Positions 41,640 through 57,699 of a stretch of 64,000 nucleotides of DNA are shown piece after piece. The stretch lies in contig OZ059898.1 in NCBI GenBank assembly GCA_964057225.1, positions 18,786,001 to 18,850,000 of the forward strand. The letters are read 5' to 3'. Each line of letters opens with the position of its first letter. Within the stretch, counting starts at the first letter, position 1. This DNA is from Auanema rhodensis. Its lineage: Eukaryota > Animalia > Nematoda. The notes below the pieces were generated by a model. That model was not told the DNA's origin and ran no database searches. It saw nothing but the letters and a program-made list of their open reading frames with translations. The translations under genes and the position numbers were made by a program.

Positions 41640-44399
41640 TGAAAGATAAAGAGATGCGGTTTTCAAAATTAGATTTCGCATGTCCATATTAGTCTAAAAA
41701 CAAATTTTTATTGATATTGGTGCATGGCAACCATGACTTTAAAATTCACGTGTACTTTAATTTATGCTAATTAAGTGTACACATGATGTGCACTTGGTAT
41801 GTAACTCGCTTCACGTGAAAGATAAAGAGATGCGGTTTTCAAAATTAGATTCCCCATGTTCATATTAGTCTAAAAACGAATTTTTATTGATATTGGTGCA
41901 TAACAACCATGACTTTAAAATTTACGTGTACTTTAATTTATGCTAATTAAGTGTACACATGATGTGCACTTGGTATGTAACTCGCTTCACGTGAAAGATA
42001 AAGTGATGCGGTTTTCAAAATTAGATTCCGCATGTCCATATTAGTCTAAAAACAAATTTTTATTGATATTGGTGCATGGTAACCATGACTTTGAAATTTA
42101 CGTGAACTTTAATTTATGCTAATTAAGTGTACACATGATGTGCACTTGGTATGTAACTCGCTTCACGAGAAAGATAAAAAGATGTGGTTTTCAAATTTCG
42201 ATTTCGCGTGTCCATATTAGTCTAAAAACATATTTTTATTGATATTGGTGCATGGTAACCATGACTTTAAAATTTACGTGTACTTTAATTTATGCTAATT
42301 AAGTGTACACATGATGTGCACTTGGTATGTAACTCGCTTCACGTGAAAGATAAAGAGATGCGGTTTTCAAAATTAGATTCCCCATGTCCATATTAGTCTA
42401 AAAACAAAATTTTATTGATATTGGTGCATGGCAACCATGACTTTAAAATTTACGTGTACTTTAATTTATGCTAATTAAGTGTACACATGATGTGCACTTG
42501 GTATGTAACTCGCTTCACGTGAAAGATAAAGAGATGCGGTTTTCAAAATTAGATTCCCCATGTTCATATTAGTCTAAAAACGAATTTTTATTGATATTGG
42601 TGCATAACAACCATGACTTTAAAATTTACGTGTACTTTAATTTATGCTAATTAAGTGTACACATGATGTGCACTTGGTATGTAACTCGCTTCACGTGAAA
42701 GATAAAGTGATGCGGTTTTCAAAATTAGATTCCGCATGTCCATATTAGTCTAAAAACAAATTTTTATTGATATTGGTGCATGGTAACCATGACTTTGAAA
42801 TTTACGTGAACTTTAATTTATGCTAATTAAGTGTACACGTGATGTGCACTTGGTATGTAACTCGCTTCACGTGAAAGATAAAGAGATGCGGTTTTCAAAA
42901 TTAGATTCCGCATGTCCATATTAGTCTAAAAACAAATTTTTATTGATATTGGTGCATGGTAACCATGACTTTGAAATTTACGTGAACTTTAATTTATGCT
43001 AATTAAGTGTACACATGATGTGCACTTGGTATGTAACTCGCTTCACGTGAAAGATAAAGTGATGCGGTTTTCAAAATTAGATTCCGCATGTCCATATTAG
43101 TCTAAAAACAAATTTTTATTGATATTGGTGCATGGTAACCATGACTTTGAAATTTACGTGAACTTTAATTTATGCTAATTAAGTGTACACATGATGTGCA
43201 CTTGGTATGTAACTCGCTTCACGAGAAAGATAAAAAGATGCGGTTTTCAAATTTCGATTTCGCGTGTCCATATTAGTCTAAAAACAAATTTTTATTGATA
43301 TTGGTGCATGGTAACCATGACTTTGAAATTTACGTGAACTTTAATTTATGCTAATTAAGTGTACACGTGATGTGCACTTGGTATGTAACTCGCTTCACGT
43401 GAAAGATAAAGAGATGCGGTTTTCAAAATTAGATTCCCCATGTCCATATTAGTCTAAAAACATATTTTTATTGATATTGGTGCATGGTAACCATGACTTT
43501 AAAATTTACGTGTACTTTAATTTATGCTAATTAAGTGTACACATGATGTGCACTTGGTATGTAACTCGCTTCACGTGAAAGATAAAGAGATGCGGTTTTC
43601 AAAATTAGATTCCCCATGTCCATATTAGTCTAAAAACAAATTTTTATTGATATTGGTGCATGGCAACCATGACTTTGAAATTTACGTGAACTTTAATTTA
43701 TGCTAATTAAGTGTACACATGATGTGCACTTGGTATGTAACTTGCTTCACGTGAAAGATAAAGAGATGCGGTTTTCAAAATTAGATTCCCCATGTCCATA
43801 TTAGTCTAAAAACAAATTTTTATTGATATTGGTGCATGGTAACCATGACTTTGAAATTTACGTGAACTTTAATTTATGCTAATTAAGTGTACACATGATG
43901 TGCACTTGGTATGTAACTCGCTTCACGAGAAAGATAAAAAGATGTGGTTTTCAAATTTCGATTTCGCGTGTCCATATTAGTCTAAAAACAAATTTTTATT
44001 GATATTGGTGCATGGTAACCATGACTTTGAAATTTACGTGAACTTTAATTTATGCTAATTAAGTGTACACGTGATGTGCACTTGGTATGTAACTCGCTTC
44101 ACGTGAAAGATAAAGAGATGCGGTTTTCAAAATTAGATTCCCCATGTCCATATTAGTCTAAAAACATATTTTTATTGATATTGGTGCATGGTAACCATGA
44201 CTTTAAAATTTACGTGTACTTTAATTTATGCTAATTAAGTGTACACATGATGTGCACTTGGTATGTAACTCGCTTCACGTGAAAGATAAAGAGATGCGGT
44301 TTTCAAAATTAGATTCCCCATGTCCATATTAGTCTAAAAACAAAATTTTATTGATATTGGTGCATGGTAACCATGACTTTGAAATTTACGTGAACTTTA

Positions 44400-46915
44400 A
44401 TTTATGCTAATTAAGTGTACACATGATGTGCACTTGGTATGTAACTCGCTTCACGAGAAAGATAAAAAGATGTGGTTTTCAAATTTCGATTTCGCGTGTC
44501 CATATTAGTCTAAAAACAAATTTTTATTGATATTGGTGCATGGCAACCATGACTTTAAAATTTACGTGTACTTTAATTTATGCTAATTAAGTGTACACAT
44601 GATGTGCACTTGGTATGTAACTCGCTTCACGTGAAAGATAAAGTGATGCGGTTTTCAAAATTAGATTCCGCATGTCCATATTAGTCTAAAAACAAATTTT
44701 TATTGATATTGGTGCATGGTAACCATGACTTTGAAATTTACGTGAACTTTAATTTATGCTAATTAAGTGTACACGTGATGTGCACTTGGTATGTAACTCG
44801 CTTCACGTGAAAGATAAAGAGATGCGGTTTTCAAAATTAGATTCCCCATGTCCATATTAGTCTAAAAACAAATTTTTATTGATATTGGTGCATGGTAACC
44901 ATGACTTTGAAATTTACGTGAACTTTAATTTATGCTAATTAAGTGTACACGTGATGTGCACTTGGTATGTAACTCGCTTCACGTGAAAGATAAAGAGATG
45001 CGGTTTTCAAAATTAGATTCCCCATGTCCATATTAGTCTAAAAACAAATTTTTATTGATATTGGTGCATGGTAACCATGACTTTGAAATTTACGTGAACT
45101 TTAATTTATGCTAATTAAGTGTACACATGATGTGCACTTGGTATGTAACTCGCTTCACGAGAAAGATAAAAAGATGTGGTTTTCAAATTTCGATTTCGCG
45201 TGTCCATATTAGTCTAAAAACAAATTTTTATTGATATTGGTGCATGGTAACCATGACTTTGAAATTTACGTGAACTTTAATTTATGCTAATTAAGTGTAC
45301 ACGTGATGTGCACTTGGTATGTAACTCGCTTCACGTGAAAGATAAAGAGATGCGGTTTTCAAAATTAGATTCCCCATGTCCATATTAGTCTAAAAACATT
45401 TTTTTATTGATATTGGTGCATGGTAACCATGACTTTAAAATTTACGTGTACTTTAATTTATGCTAATTAAGTGTACACATGATGTGCACTTGGTATGTAA
45501 CTCGCTTCACGTGAAAGATAAAGAGATGCGGTTTTCAAAATTAGATTCCCCATGTCCATATTAGTCTAAAAACAAAATTTTATTGATATTGGTGCATGGC
45601 AACCATGACTTTAAAATTTACGTGTACTTTAATTTATGCTAATTAAGTGTACACATGATGTGCACTTGGTATGTAACTCGCTTCACGAGAAAGATAAAAA
45701 GATGTGGTTTTCAAATTTCGATTTCGCGTGTCCATATTAGTCTAAAAACAAATTTTTATTGATATTGGTGCATGGCAACCATGACTTTAAAATTTACGTG
45801 TACTTTAATTTATGCTAATTAAGTGTACACATGATGTGCACTTGGTATGTAACTCGCTTCACGTGAAAGATAAAGTGATGCGGTTTTCAAAATTAGATTC
45901 CGCATGTCCATATTAGTCTAAAAACAAATTTTTATTGATATTGGTGCATGGTAACCATGACTTTGAAATTTACGTGAACTTTAATTTATGCTAATTAAGT
46001 GTACACGTGATGTGCACTTGGTATGTAACTCGCTTCACGTGAAAGATAAAGAGATGCGGTTTTCAAAATTAGATTCCCCATGTCCATATTAGTCTAAAAA
46101 CAAATTTTTATTGATATTGGTGCATGGTAACCATGACTTTGAAATTTACGTGAACTTTAATTTATGCTAATTAAGTGTACACGTGATGTGCACTTGGTAT
46201 GTAACTCGCTTCACGTGAAAGATAAAGAGATGCGGTTTTCAAAATTAGATTCCCCATGTCCATATTAGTCTAAAAACAAATTTTTATTGATATTGGTGCA
46301 TGGTAACCATGACTTTGAAATTTACTTGAACTTTAATTTATGCTAATTAAGTGTACACATGATGTGCACTTGGTATGTAACTCGCTTCACGAGAAAGATA
46401 AAAAGATGTGGTTTTCAAATTTCGATTTCGCGTGTCCATATTAGTCTAAAAACAAATTTTTATTGATATTGGTGCATGGTAACCATGACTTTGAAATTTA
46501 CGTGAACTTTAATTTATGCTAATTAAGTGTACACGTGATGTGCACTTGGTATGTAACTCGCTTCACGTGAAAGATAAAAAGATGCGGTTTTCAAAATTAG
46601 ATTCCCCATGTCCATATTAGTCTAAAAACATTTTTTTATTGATATTGGTGCATGGTAACCATGACTTTAAAATTTACGTGTACTTTAATTTATGCTAATT
46701 AAGTGTACACATGATGTGCACTTGGTATGTAACTCGCTTCACGTGAAAGATAAAGAGATGCGGTTTTCAAAATTAGATTCCCCATGTCCATATTAGTCTA
46801 AAAACAAAATTTTATTGATATTGGTGCATGGCAACCATGACTTTAAAATTTACGTGTACTTTAATTTATGCTAATTAAGTGTACACATGATGTGCACTTG
46901 GTATGTAACTCGCTT
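44400..46915. repeat. 7-monomer tandem duplication (1232 bp)
   Basis: The rare AACATTTTTT marker is at 45400 and 46632, with matching order of flanking variant monomers (44531/45763 etc.). Confidence 0.75.
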
Positions 46916-46932
46916 CACGTGAAAGATAAAGT

Positions 46933-49450
46933 GATGCGGTTTTCAAAATTAGATTCCCCATGTCCATATTAGTCTAAAAACAAATTCTTATTGATATTGG
47001 TGCATGGTAACCATGACTTTGAAATTTACGTGAACTTTAATTTATGCTAATTAAGTGTACACATGATGTGCACTTGGTATGTAACTCGCTTCACGTGAAA
47101 GATAAAGAGATGCGGTTTTCAAAATTAGATTTCGCATGTCCATATTAGTCTAAAAACAAATTTTTATTGATATTGGTGCATGGCAACCATGACTTTAAAA
47201 TTCACGTGTACTTTAATTTATGCTAATTAAGTGTACACATGATGTGCACTTGGTATGTAACTCGCTTCACGTGAAAGATAAAGAGATGCGGTTTTCAAAA
47301 TTAGATTCCCCATGTTCATATTAGTCTAAAAACGAATTTTTATTGATATTGGTGCATAACAACCATGACTTTAAAATTTACGTGTACTTTAATTTATGCT
47401 AATTAAGTGTACACATGATGTGCACTTGGTATGTAACTCGCTTCACGTGAAAGATAAAGTGATGCGGTTTTCAAAATTAGATTCCGCATGTCCATATTAG
47501 TCTAAAAACAAATTTTTATTGATATTGGTGCATGGTAACCATGACTTTGAAATTTACGTGAACTTTAATTTATGCTAATTAAGTGTACACGTGATGTGCA
47601 CTTGGTATGTAACTCGCTTCACGTGAAAGATAAAGAGATGCGGTTTTCAAAATTAGATTCCCCATGTCCATATTAGTCTAAAAACAAATTCTTATTGATA
47701 TTGGTGCATGGTAACCATGACTTTGAAATTTACGTGAACTTTAATTTATGCTAATTAAGTGTACACGTGATGTGCACTTGGTATGTAAGTCGCTTCACGT
47801 GAAAGATAAAGAGATGCGGTTTTCAAAATTAGATTTCGCGTGTCCATATTAGTCTAAAAACAAATTTTTATTGATATTGGTGCATGGTAACCATGACTTT
47901 GAAATTTACGTGAACTTTAATTTATGCTAATTAAGTGTACACGTGATGTGCACTTGGAATGTAACTCGCTTCACGTGAAAGATAAAGAGATGCGGTTTTC
48001 AAAATTAGATTCCCCATGTCCATATTAGTCTAAAATCAAATTTTTATTGATATTGGTGCATGGTAACCATGACTTTGAAATTTACGTGAACTTTAATTTA
48101 TGCTAATTAAGTGTACACGTGATGTGCACTTGGAATGTAACTCGCTTCACGTGAAAGATAAAGAGATGCGGTTTTCAAAATTAGATTCCCCATGTCCATA
48201 TTAGTCTAAAAACAAATTCTTATTGATATTGGTGCATGGTAACCATGACTTTGAAATTTACGTGAACTTTAATTTATGCTAATTAAGTGTACACATGATG
48301 TGCACTTGGTATGTAACTCGCTTCACGTGAAAGATAAAGAGATGCGGTTTTCAAAATTAGATTTCGCATGTCCATATTAGTCTAAAAACAAATTTTTATT
48401 GATATTGGTGCATGGCAACCATGACTTTAAAATTCACGTGTACTTTAATTTATGCTAATTAAGTGTACACATGATGTGCACTTGGTATGTAACTCGCTTC
48501 ACGTGAAAGATAAAGAGATGCGGTTTTCAAAATTAGATTCCCCATGTTCATATTAGTCTAAAAACGAATTTTTATTGATATTGGTGCATAACAACCATGA
48601 CTTTAAAATTTACGTGTACTTTAATTTATGCTAATTAAGTGTACACATGATGTGCACTTGGTATGTAACTCGCTTCACGTGAAAGATAAAGTGATGCGGT
48701 TTTCAAAATTAGATTCCGCATGTCCATATTAGTCTAAAAACAAATTTTTATTGATATTGGTGCATGGTAACCATGACTTTGAAATTTACGTGAACTTTAA
48801 TTTATGCTAATTAAGTGTACACGTGATGTGCACTTGGTATGTAACTCGCTTCACGTGAAAGATAAAGAGATGCGGTTTTCAAAATTAGATTCCCCATGTC
48901 CATATTAGTCTAAAAACAAATTCTTATTGATATTGGTGCATGGTAACCATGACTTTGAAATTTACGTGAACTTTAATTTATGCTAATTAAGTGTACACGT
49001 GATGTGCACTTGGTATGTAAGTCGCTTCACGTGAAAGATAAAGAGATGCGGTTTTCAAAATTAGATTTCGCGTGTCCATATTAGTCTAAAAACAAATTTT
49101 TATTGATATTGGTGCATGGTAACCATGACTTTGAAATTTACGTGAACTTTAATTTATGCTAATTAAGTGTACACGTGATGTGCACTTGGAATGTAACTCG
49201 CTTCACGTGAAAGATAAAGAGATGCGGTTTTCAAAATTAGATTCCCCATGTCCATATTAGTCTAAAATCAAATTTTTATTGATATTGGTGCATGGTAACC
49301 ATGACTTTGAAATTTACGTGAACTTTAATTTATGCTAATTAAGTGTACACGTGATGTGCACTTGGAATGTAACTCGCTTCACGTGAAAGATAAAGAGATG
49401 CGGTTTTCAAAATTAGATTCCCCATGTCCATATTAGTCTAAAAACAAATT
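46933..49450. repeat. 7-monomer tandem duplication (1232 bp)
   Basis: GTAAGTCG 47789/49021, AAAATCAAA 48036/49268, ATTCTT 46987/48219, TTCACGTGTA 47203/48435. Confidence 0.88.
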
Positions 49451-51000
49451 TTTATTGATATTGGTGCATGGTAACCATGACTTTGAAATTTACGTGAACT
49501 TTAATTTATGCTAATTAAGTGTACACATGATGTGCACTTGGTATGTAACTCGCTTCACGAGAAAGATAAAAAGATGCGGTTTTCAAATTTAGATTTCGCG
49601 TGTCCATATTAGTCTAAAAACAAATTTTTATTGATATTGGTGCATGGTAACCATGACTTTGAAATTTACGTGAACTTTAATTTATGCTAATTAAGTGTAC
49701 ACGTGATGTGCACTTGGTATGTCACTCGCTTCACGTGAAAGATAAAGAGATGCGGTTTTCAAAATTAGATTCCTCATGTTCATATTAGTCTAAAAACGAA
49801 TTTTTATTGATATTGATGCATGGTAACCATGACTTTAAAATTTACGTGAACTTTAATTTATGCTAATTAAGTGTACACATGATGTGCACTTGGTATGTAA
49901 CTCGCTTCACGTGAAAGATAAAGTGATGCGGTTTTCAAAATTAGATTCCCCATGTCCATATTAGTCTAAAAACAAATTCTTATTGATATTGGTGCATGGT
50001 AACCATGACTTTGAAATTTACGTGAACTTTAATTTATGCTAATTAAGTGTACACATGATGTGCACTTGGTATGTAACTCGCTTCACGTGAAAGATAAAGA
50101 GATGCGGGTTTCAAAATTAGATTCCCCATGTCCATATTAGTCTAAAATCAAATTATTATTGATATTGGTGCATGGTAACCATGACTTTGAAATTTACGTG
50201 AACTTTAATTTATGCTAATTAAGTGTACACGTGATGTGCACTTGGAATGTAACTCGCTTCACGTGAAAGATAAAGAGATGCGGTTTTCAAAATTAGATTC
50301 CCCATGTCCATATTAGTCTAAAAACAAATTTTTATTGATATTGGTGCATGGTAACCATGACTTTGAAATTTACGTGAACTTTAATTTATGCTAATTAAGT
50401 GTACACATGATGTGCACTTGGTATGTAACTCGCTTCACGAGAAAGATAAAAAGATGCGGTTTTCAAATTTAGATTTCGCGTGTCCATATTAGTCTAAAAA
50501 CAAATTTTTATTGATATTGGTGCATGGTAACCATGACTTTGAAATTTACGTGAACTTTAATTTATGCTAATTAAGTGTACACGTGATGTGCACTTGGTAT
50601 GTAACTCGCTTCACGTGAAAGATAAAGAGATGCGGTTTTCAAAATTAGATTCCTCATGTTCATATTAGTCTAAAAACGAATTTTTATTGATATTGATGCA
50701 TGGTAACCATGACTTTAAAATTTACGTGAACTTTAATTTATGCTAATTAAGTGTACACATGATGTGCACTTGGTATGTAACTCGCTTCACGTGAAAGATA
50801 AAGTGATGCGGTTTTCAAAATTAGATTCCCCATGTCCATATTAGTCTAAAAACAAATTCTTATTGATATTGGTGCATGGTAACCATGACTTTGAAATTTA
50901 CGTGAACTTTAATTTATGCTAATTAAGTGTACACATGATGTGCACTTGGTATGTAACTCGCTTCACGTGAAAGATAAAGAGATGCGGTTTTCAAAATTAG
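49240..51000. repeat. 5-monomer tandem duplication (880 bp)
   Basis: AAAATCAAA 49268/50148 and ATTCTT 49979/50859, with the same intervening variant order. Confidence 0.75.
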
Positions 51001-52189
51001 ATTTCGCATGTCCATATTAGTCTAAAAACAAATTTTTATTGATATTGGTGCATGGCAACCATGACTTTAAAATTCACGTGTACTTTAATTTATGCTAATT
51101 AAGTGTACACATGATGTGCACTTGGTATGTAACTCGCTTCACGTGAAAGATAAAGAGATGCGGTTTTCAAAATTAGATTCCCCATGTTCATATTAGTCTA
51201 AAAACGAATTTTTATTGATATTGGTGCATAACAACCATGACTTTAAAATTTACGTGTACTTTAATTTATGCTAATTAAATGTACACGTGATGTGCACTTG
51301 GTATGTAACTCGCTTCATGTGAAAGATAAAGAGATGCGGTTTTCAAAATTAGATTCCCCATGTCCATATTAGTCTAAAAACAAATTCTTATTGATATTGG
51401 TGCATGGTAACCATGACTTTGAAATTTACGTGAACTTTAATTTATGCTAATTAAGTGTACACGTGATGTGCACTTGGTATGTAAGTCGCTTCACGTGAAA
51501 GATAAAGAGATGCGGTTTTCAAAATTAGATTTCGCGTGTCCATATTAGTCTAAAAACAAATTTTTATTGATATTGGTGCATGGTAACCATGACTTTGAAA
51601 TTTACGTGAACTTTAATTTATGCTAATTAAGTGTACACGTGATGTGCACTTGGAATGTAACTCGCTTCACGTGAAAGATAAAGAGATGCGGTTTTCAAAA
51701 TTAGATTCCCCATGTCCATATTAGTCTAAAATCAAATTTTTATTGATATTGGTGCATGGTAACCATGACTTTGAAATTTACGTGAACTTTAATTTATGCT
51801 AATTAAGTGTACACGTGATGTGCACTTGGAATGTAACTCGTTTCACGTGAAAGATAAAGAGATGCGGTTTTCAAAATTAGATTCCCCATGTCCATAGTAG
51901 TCTAAAAACAAATTTTTATTGATATTGGTGCATGGTAACCATGACTTTGAAATTTACGTGAACTTTAATTTATGCTAATTAAGTGTACACATGATGTGCA
52001 CTTGGTATGTAACTCGCTTCACGAGAAAGATAAAAAGATGCGGTTTTCAAATTTAGATTTCGCGTGTCCATATTAGTCTAAAAACAAATTTTTATTGATA
52101 TTGGTGCATGGTAACCATGACTTTGAAATTTACGTGAACTTTAATTTATGCTAATTAAGTGTACACGTGATGTGCACTTGGTATGTAAC

Positions 52190-53850
52190 TCGCTTCACGT
52201 GAAAGATAAAGTGATGCGGTTTTCAAAATTAGATTCCGCATGTCCATATTAGTCTAAAAACAAATTTTTATTGATATTGGTGCATGGTAACCATGACTTT
52301 GAAATTTACGTGAACTTTAATTTATGCTAATTAAGTGTACACGTGATGTGCACTTGGTATGTAACTCGCTTCACGTGAAAGATAAAGAGATGCGGTTATC
52401 AAAATTAGATTCCCCATGTCCATATTAGTCTAAAAACAAATTCTTATTGATATTGGTGCATGGTAACCATGACTTTGAAATTTACGTGAACTTTAATTTA
52501 TGCTAATTAAGTGTACACGTGATGTGCACTTGGTATGTAAGTCGCTTCACGTGAAAGATAAAGAGATGCGGTTTTCAAAATTAGATTCCCCATGTCCATA
52601 TTAGTCTAAAAACAAATTTTTATTGATATTGGTGCATGGCAACCATGACTTTAAAATTTACGTGTACTTTAATTTATGCTAATTAAGTGTACACGTGATG
52701 TGCACTTGGAATGTAACTCGCTTCACGTGAAAGATAAATGGATGCGGTTTTCAAAATTAGATTCCTCATGTTCATATTAGTCTAAAAACGAATTTTTATT
52801 GATATTGATGCATGGTAACCATGACTTTAAAATTTACGTGAACTTTAATTTATGCTAATTAAGTGTACACATGATGTGCACTTGGTATGTAACTCGCTTC
52901 ACGAGAAAGATAAAAAGATGCGGTTTTCAAATTTAGATTTCGCGTGTCCATATTAGTCTAAAAACAAATTCTTATTGATATTGGTGCATGGTAACCATGA
53001 CTTTAAAATTTACGTGAACTTTAATTTATGCTAATTAAGTGTACACATGATGTGCACTTGGTATGTAACTCGCTTCACGTGAAAGATAAAGTGATGCGGT
53101 TTTCAAAATTAGATTCCGCATGTCCATATTAGTCTAAAAACAAATTTTTATTGATATTGGTGCATGGTAACCATGACTTTGAAATTTACGTGAACTTTAA
53201 TTTATGCTAATTAAGTGTACACGTGATGTGCACTTGGTATGTAACTCGCTTCACGTGAAAGATAAAGAGATGCGGTTTTCAAAATTAGATTCCCCATGTC
53301 CATATTAGTCTAAAAACAAATTCTTATTGATATTGGTGCATGGTAACCATGACTTTGAAATTTACGTGAACTTTAATTTATGCTAATTAAGTGTACACGT
53401 GATGTGCACTTGGTATGTAAGTCGCTTCACGTGAAAGATAAAGAGATGCGGTTTTCAAAATTAGATTCCCCATGTCCATATTAGTCTAAAAACAAATTTT
53501 TATTGATATTGGTGCATGGCAACCATGACTTTAAAATTTACGTGTACTTTAATTCATGCTAATTAAGTGTACACGTGATGTGCACTTGGAATGTAACTCG
53601 CTTCACGTGAAAGATAAATGGATGCGGTTTTCAAAATTAGATTCCTCATGTTCATATTAGTCTAAAAACAAATTTTTATTGATATTGATGCATGGTAACC
53701 ATGACTTTAAAATTTACGTGAACTTTAATTTATGCTAATTAAGTGTACACATGATGTGCACTTGGTATGTAACTCGCTTCACGAGAAAGATAAAAAGATG
53801 CGGTTTTCAAATTTAGATTTCGCGTGTCCATATTAGTCTAAAAACAAATT
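52190..53850. repeat. 5-monomer tandem duplication (880 bp)
   Basis: GTAAGTCG at 52541/53421 and ATTCTT at 52443/53323; the AATGGA+TCCTCATGTTC monomers are also 880 bp apart. Confidence 0.75.
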
Positions 53851-56800
53851 TTTATTGATATTGGTGCATGGTAACCATGACTTTGAAATTTACGTGAACT
53901 TTAATTTATGCTAATTAAGTGTACACGTGATGTGCACTTGGTATGTAAGTCGCTTCACGTGAAAGATAAAGAGATGCGGTTTTCAAAATTAGATTCCCCA
54001 TGTCCATATTAGTCTAAAAACAAATTTTTATTGATATTGGTGCATGGCAACCATGACTTTAAAATTTACGTGTACTTTAATTTATGCTAATTAAGTGTAC
54101 ACGTGATGTGCACTTGGTATGTAACTCGCTTCACGTGAAAGATAAAGAGATGCGGTTTTCAAAATTAGATTCCCCATGTCCATATTAGTCTAAAAACAAA
54201 TTTTTATTGATATTGGTGCATGGTAACCATGACTTTGAAATTTACGTGAACTTTAATTTATGCTAATTAAGTGTACACATGATGTGCACTTGGTATGTAA
54301 CTCGCTTCACGAGAAAGATAAAAAGATGCGGTTTTCAAATTTAGATTTCGCGTGTCCATATTAGTCTAAAAACAAATTTTTATTGATATTGGTGCATGGT
54401 AACCATGACTTTGAAATTTACGTGAACTTTAATTTATGCTAATTAAGTGTACACGTGATGTGCACTTGGTATGTAACTCGCTTCACGTGAAAGATAAAGA
54501 GATGCGGTTTTCAAAATTAGATTCCTCATGTTCATATTAGTCTAAAAACGAATTTTTATTGATATTGATGCATGGTAACCATGACTTTAAAATTTACGTG
54601 AACTTTAATTTATGCTAATTAAGTGTACACATGATGTGCACTTGGTATGTAACTCGCTTCACGTCAAAGATAAAGAGATGCGGTTTTCAAAATTAGATTC
54701 CCCATGTCCATATTAGTCTAAAAACAAATTTTTATTGATATTGGTGCATGGTAACCATGACTTTGAAATTTACGTGAACTTTAATTTATGCTAATTAAGT
54801 GTACACATGATGTGCACTTGGTATGTAACTCGCTTCACGTGAAAGATAAAGAGATGTGGTTTTCAAAATTAGATTCCGCATGTCCATATTAGTCTAAAAA
54901 CAAATTTTTATTGATATTGGTGCATGGTAACCATGACTTTGAAATTTACGTGAACTTTAATTTATGCTAATTAAGTGTACACGTGATGTGCACTTGGTAT
55001 GTAACTCGCTTCACGTGAAAGATAAAGAGATGCGGTTTTCAAAATTAGATTCCCCATGTCCATATTAGTCTAAAAACAAATTTTTATTGATATTGGTGCA
55101 TGGTAACCATGACTTTGAAATTTACGTGAACTTTAATTTATGCTAATTAAGTGTACACATGATGTGCACTTGGTATGTAACTCGCTTCACGAGAAAGATA
55201 AAAAGATGCGGTTTTCAAATTTCGATTTCGCGTGTCCATATTAGTCTAAAAACAAATTTTTATTGATATTGGTGCATGGTAACCATGACTTTGAAATTTA
55301 CGTGAACTTTAATTTATGCTAATTAAGTGTACACGTGATGTGCACTTGGTATGTAACTCGCTTCACGTGAAAGATAAAGAGATGCGGTTTTCAAAATTAG
55401 ATTCCGCATGTCCATATTAGTCTAAAAACAAATTTTTATTGATATTGGTGCATGGTAACCATGACTTTGAAATTTACGTGAACTTTAATTTATGCTAATT
55501 AAGTGTACACGTGATGTGCACTTGGTATGTAACTCGCTTCACGTGAGAGATAAAGAGATGCGGTTTTCAAAATTAGATTCCCCATGTCCATATTAGTCTA
55601 AAAACATATTTTTATTGATATTGGTGCATGGTAACCATGACTTTGAAATTTACGTGAATTTTAATTTATGCTAATTAAGTGTACACATGATGTGCACTTG
55701 GTATGTAACTCGCTTCACGTGAAAGATAAAGTGATGCGGTTTTCAAAATTAGATTCCGCATGTCCATATTAGTCTAAAAACAAATTTTTATTGATATTGG
55801 TGCATGGTAACCATGACTTTGAAATTTACGTGAACTTTAATTTATGCTAATTAAGTGTACACGTGATGTGCACTTGGTATGTAACTCGCTTCACGTGAAA
55901 GATAAAGAGATGCGGTTTTCAAAATTAGATTCCCCATGTCCATATTAATCTAAAAACAAATTTTTATTGATATTGGTGCATGGTAACCATGACTTTGAAA
56001 TTTACGTGAACTTTAATTTATGCTAATTAAGTGTACACATGATGTGCACTTGGTATGTAACTCGCTTCACGAGAAAGATAAAAAGATGCGGTTTTCAAAT
56101 TTCGATTTCGCGTGTCCATATTAGTCTAAAAACAAATTTTTATTGATATTGGTGCATGGTAACCATGACTTTGAAATTTACGTGAACTTTAATTTATGCT
56201 AATTAAGTGTACACGTGATGTGCACTTGGTATGTAACTCGCTTCACGTGAAAGATAAAGAGATGCGGTTTTCAAAATTAGATTCCCCATGTCCATATTAG
56301 TCTAAAAACAAATTTTTATTGATATTGGTGCATGGTAACCATGACTTTGAAATTTACGTGAACTTTAATTTATGCTAATTAAGTGTACACGTGATGTGCA
56401 CTTGGTATGTAACTCGCTTCACGTGAAAGATAAATGGATGCGGTTTTCAAAATTAGATTCCTCATGTTCATATTAGTCTAAAAACGAATTTTTATTGATA
56501 TTGATGCATGGTAACCATGACTTTGAAATTTACGTGAACTTTAATTTATGCTAATTAAGTGTACACATGATGTGCACTTGGTATGTAACTCGCTTCACGA
56601 GAAAGATAAAAAGATGCGGTTTTCAAATTTCGATTTCGCGTGTCCATATTAGTCTAAAAACAAATTTTTATTGATATTGGTGCATGGTAACCATGACTTT
56701 GAAATTTACGTGAACTTTAATTTATGCTAATTAAGTGTACACGTGATGTGCACTTGGTATGTAACTCGCTTCACGTGAAAGATAAAGAGATGCGGTTTTC

Positions 56801-57699
56801 AAAATTAGATTCCCCATGTCCATATTAGTCTAAAAACAAATTTTTATTGATATTGGTGCATGGTAACCATGACTTTGAAATTTACGTGAACTTTAATTTA
56901 TGCTAATTAAGTGTACACGTGATGTGCACTTGGTATGTAACTCGCTTCACGTGAAAGATAAAGAGATGCGGTTTTCAAAATTAGATTCCGCATGTCCATA
57001 TTAGTCTAAAAACAAATTTTTATTGATATTGGTGCATGGTAACCATGACTTTGAAATTTACGTGAACTTTAATTTATGCTAATTAAGTGTACACGTGATG
57101 TGCACTTGGTATGTAACTCGCTTCACGTGAAAGATAAAGAGATGCGGTTTTCAAAATTAGATTCCCCATGTCCATATTAGTCTAAAAACATATTTTTATT
57201 GATATTGGTGCATGGTAACCATGACTTTGAAATTTACGTGAATTTTAATTTATGCTAATTAAGTGTACACATGATGTGCACTTGGTATGTAACTCGCTTC
57301 ACGTGAAAGATAAAGTGATGCGGTTTTCAAAATTAGATTCCGCATGTCCATATTAGTCTAAAAACAAATTTTTATTGATATTGGTGCATGGTAACCATGA
57401 CTTTGAAATTTACGTGAACTTTAATTTATGCTAATTAAGTGTACACGTGATGTGCACTTGGTATGTAACTCGCTTCACGTGAAAGATAAAGAGATGCGGT
57501 TTTCAAAATTAGATTCCCCATGTCCATATTAGTCTAAAAACAAATTTTTATTGATATTGGTGCATGGTAACCATGACTTTGAAATTTACGTGAACTTTAA
57601 TTTATGCTAATTAAGTGTACACATGATGTGCACTTGGTATGTAACTCGCTTCACGAGAAAGATAAAAAGATGCGGTTTTCAAATTTCGATTTCGCGTGT

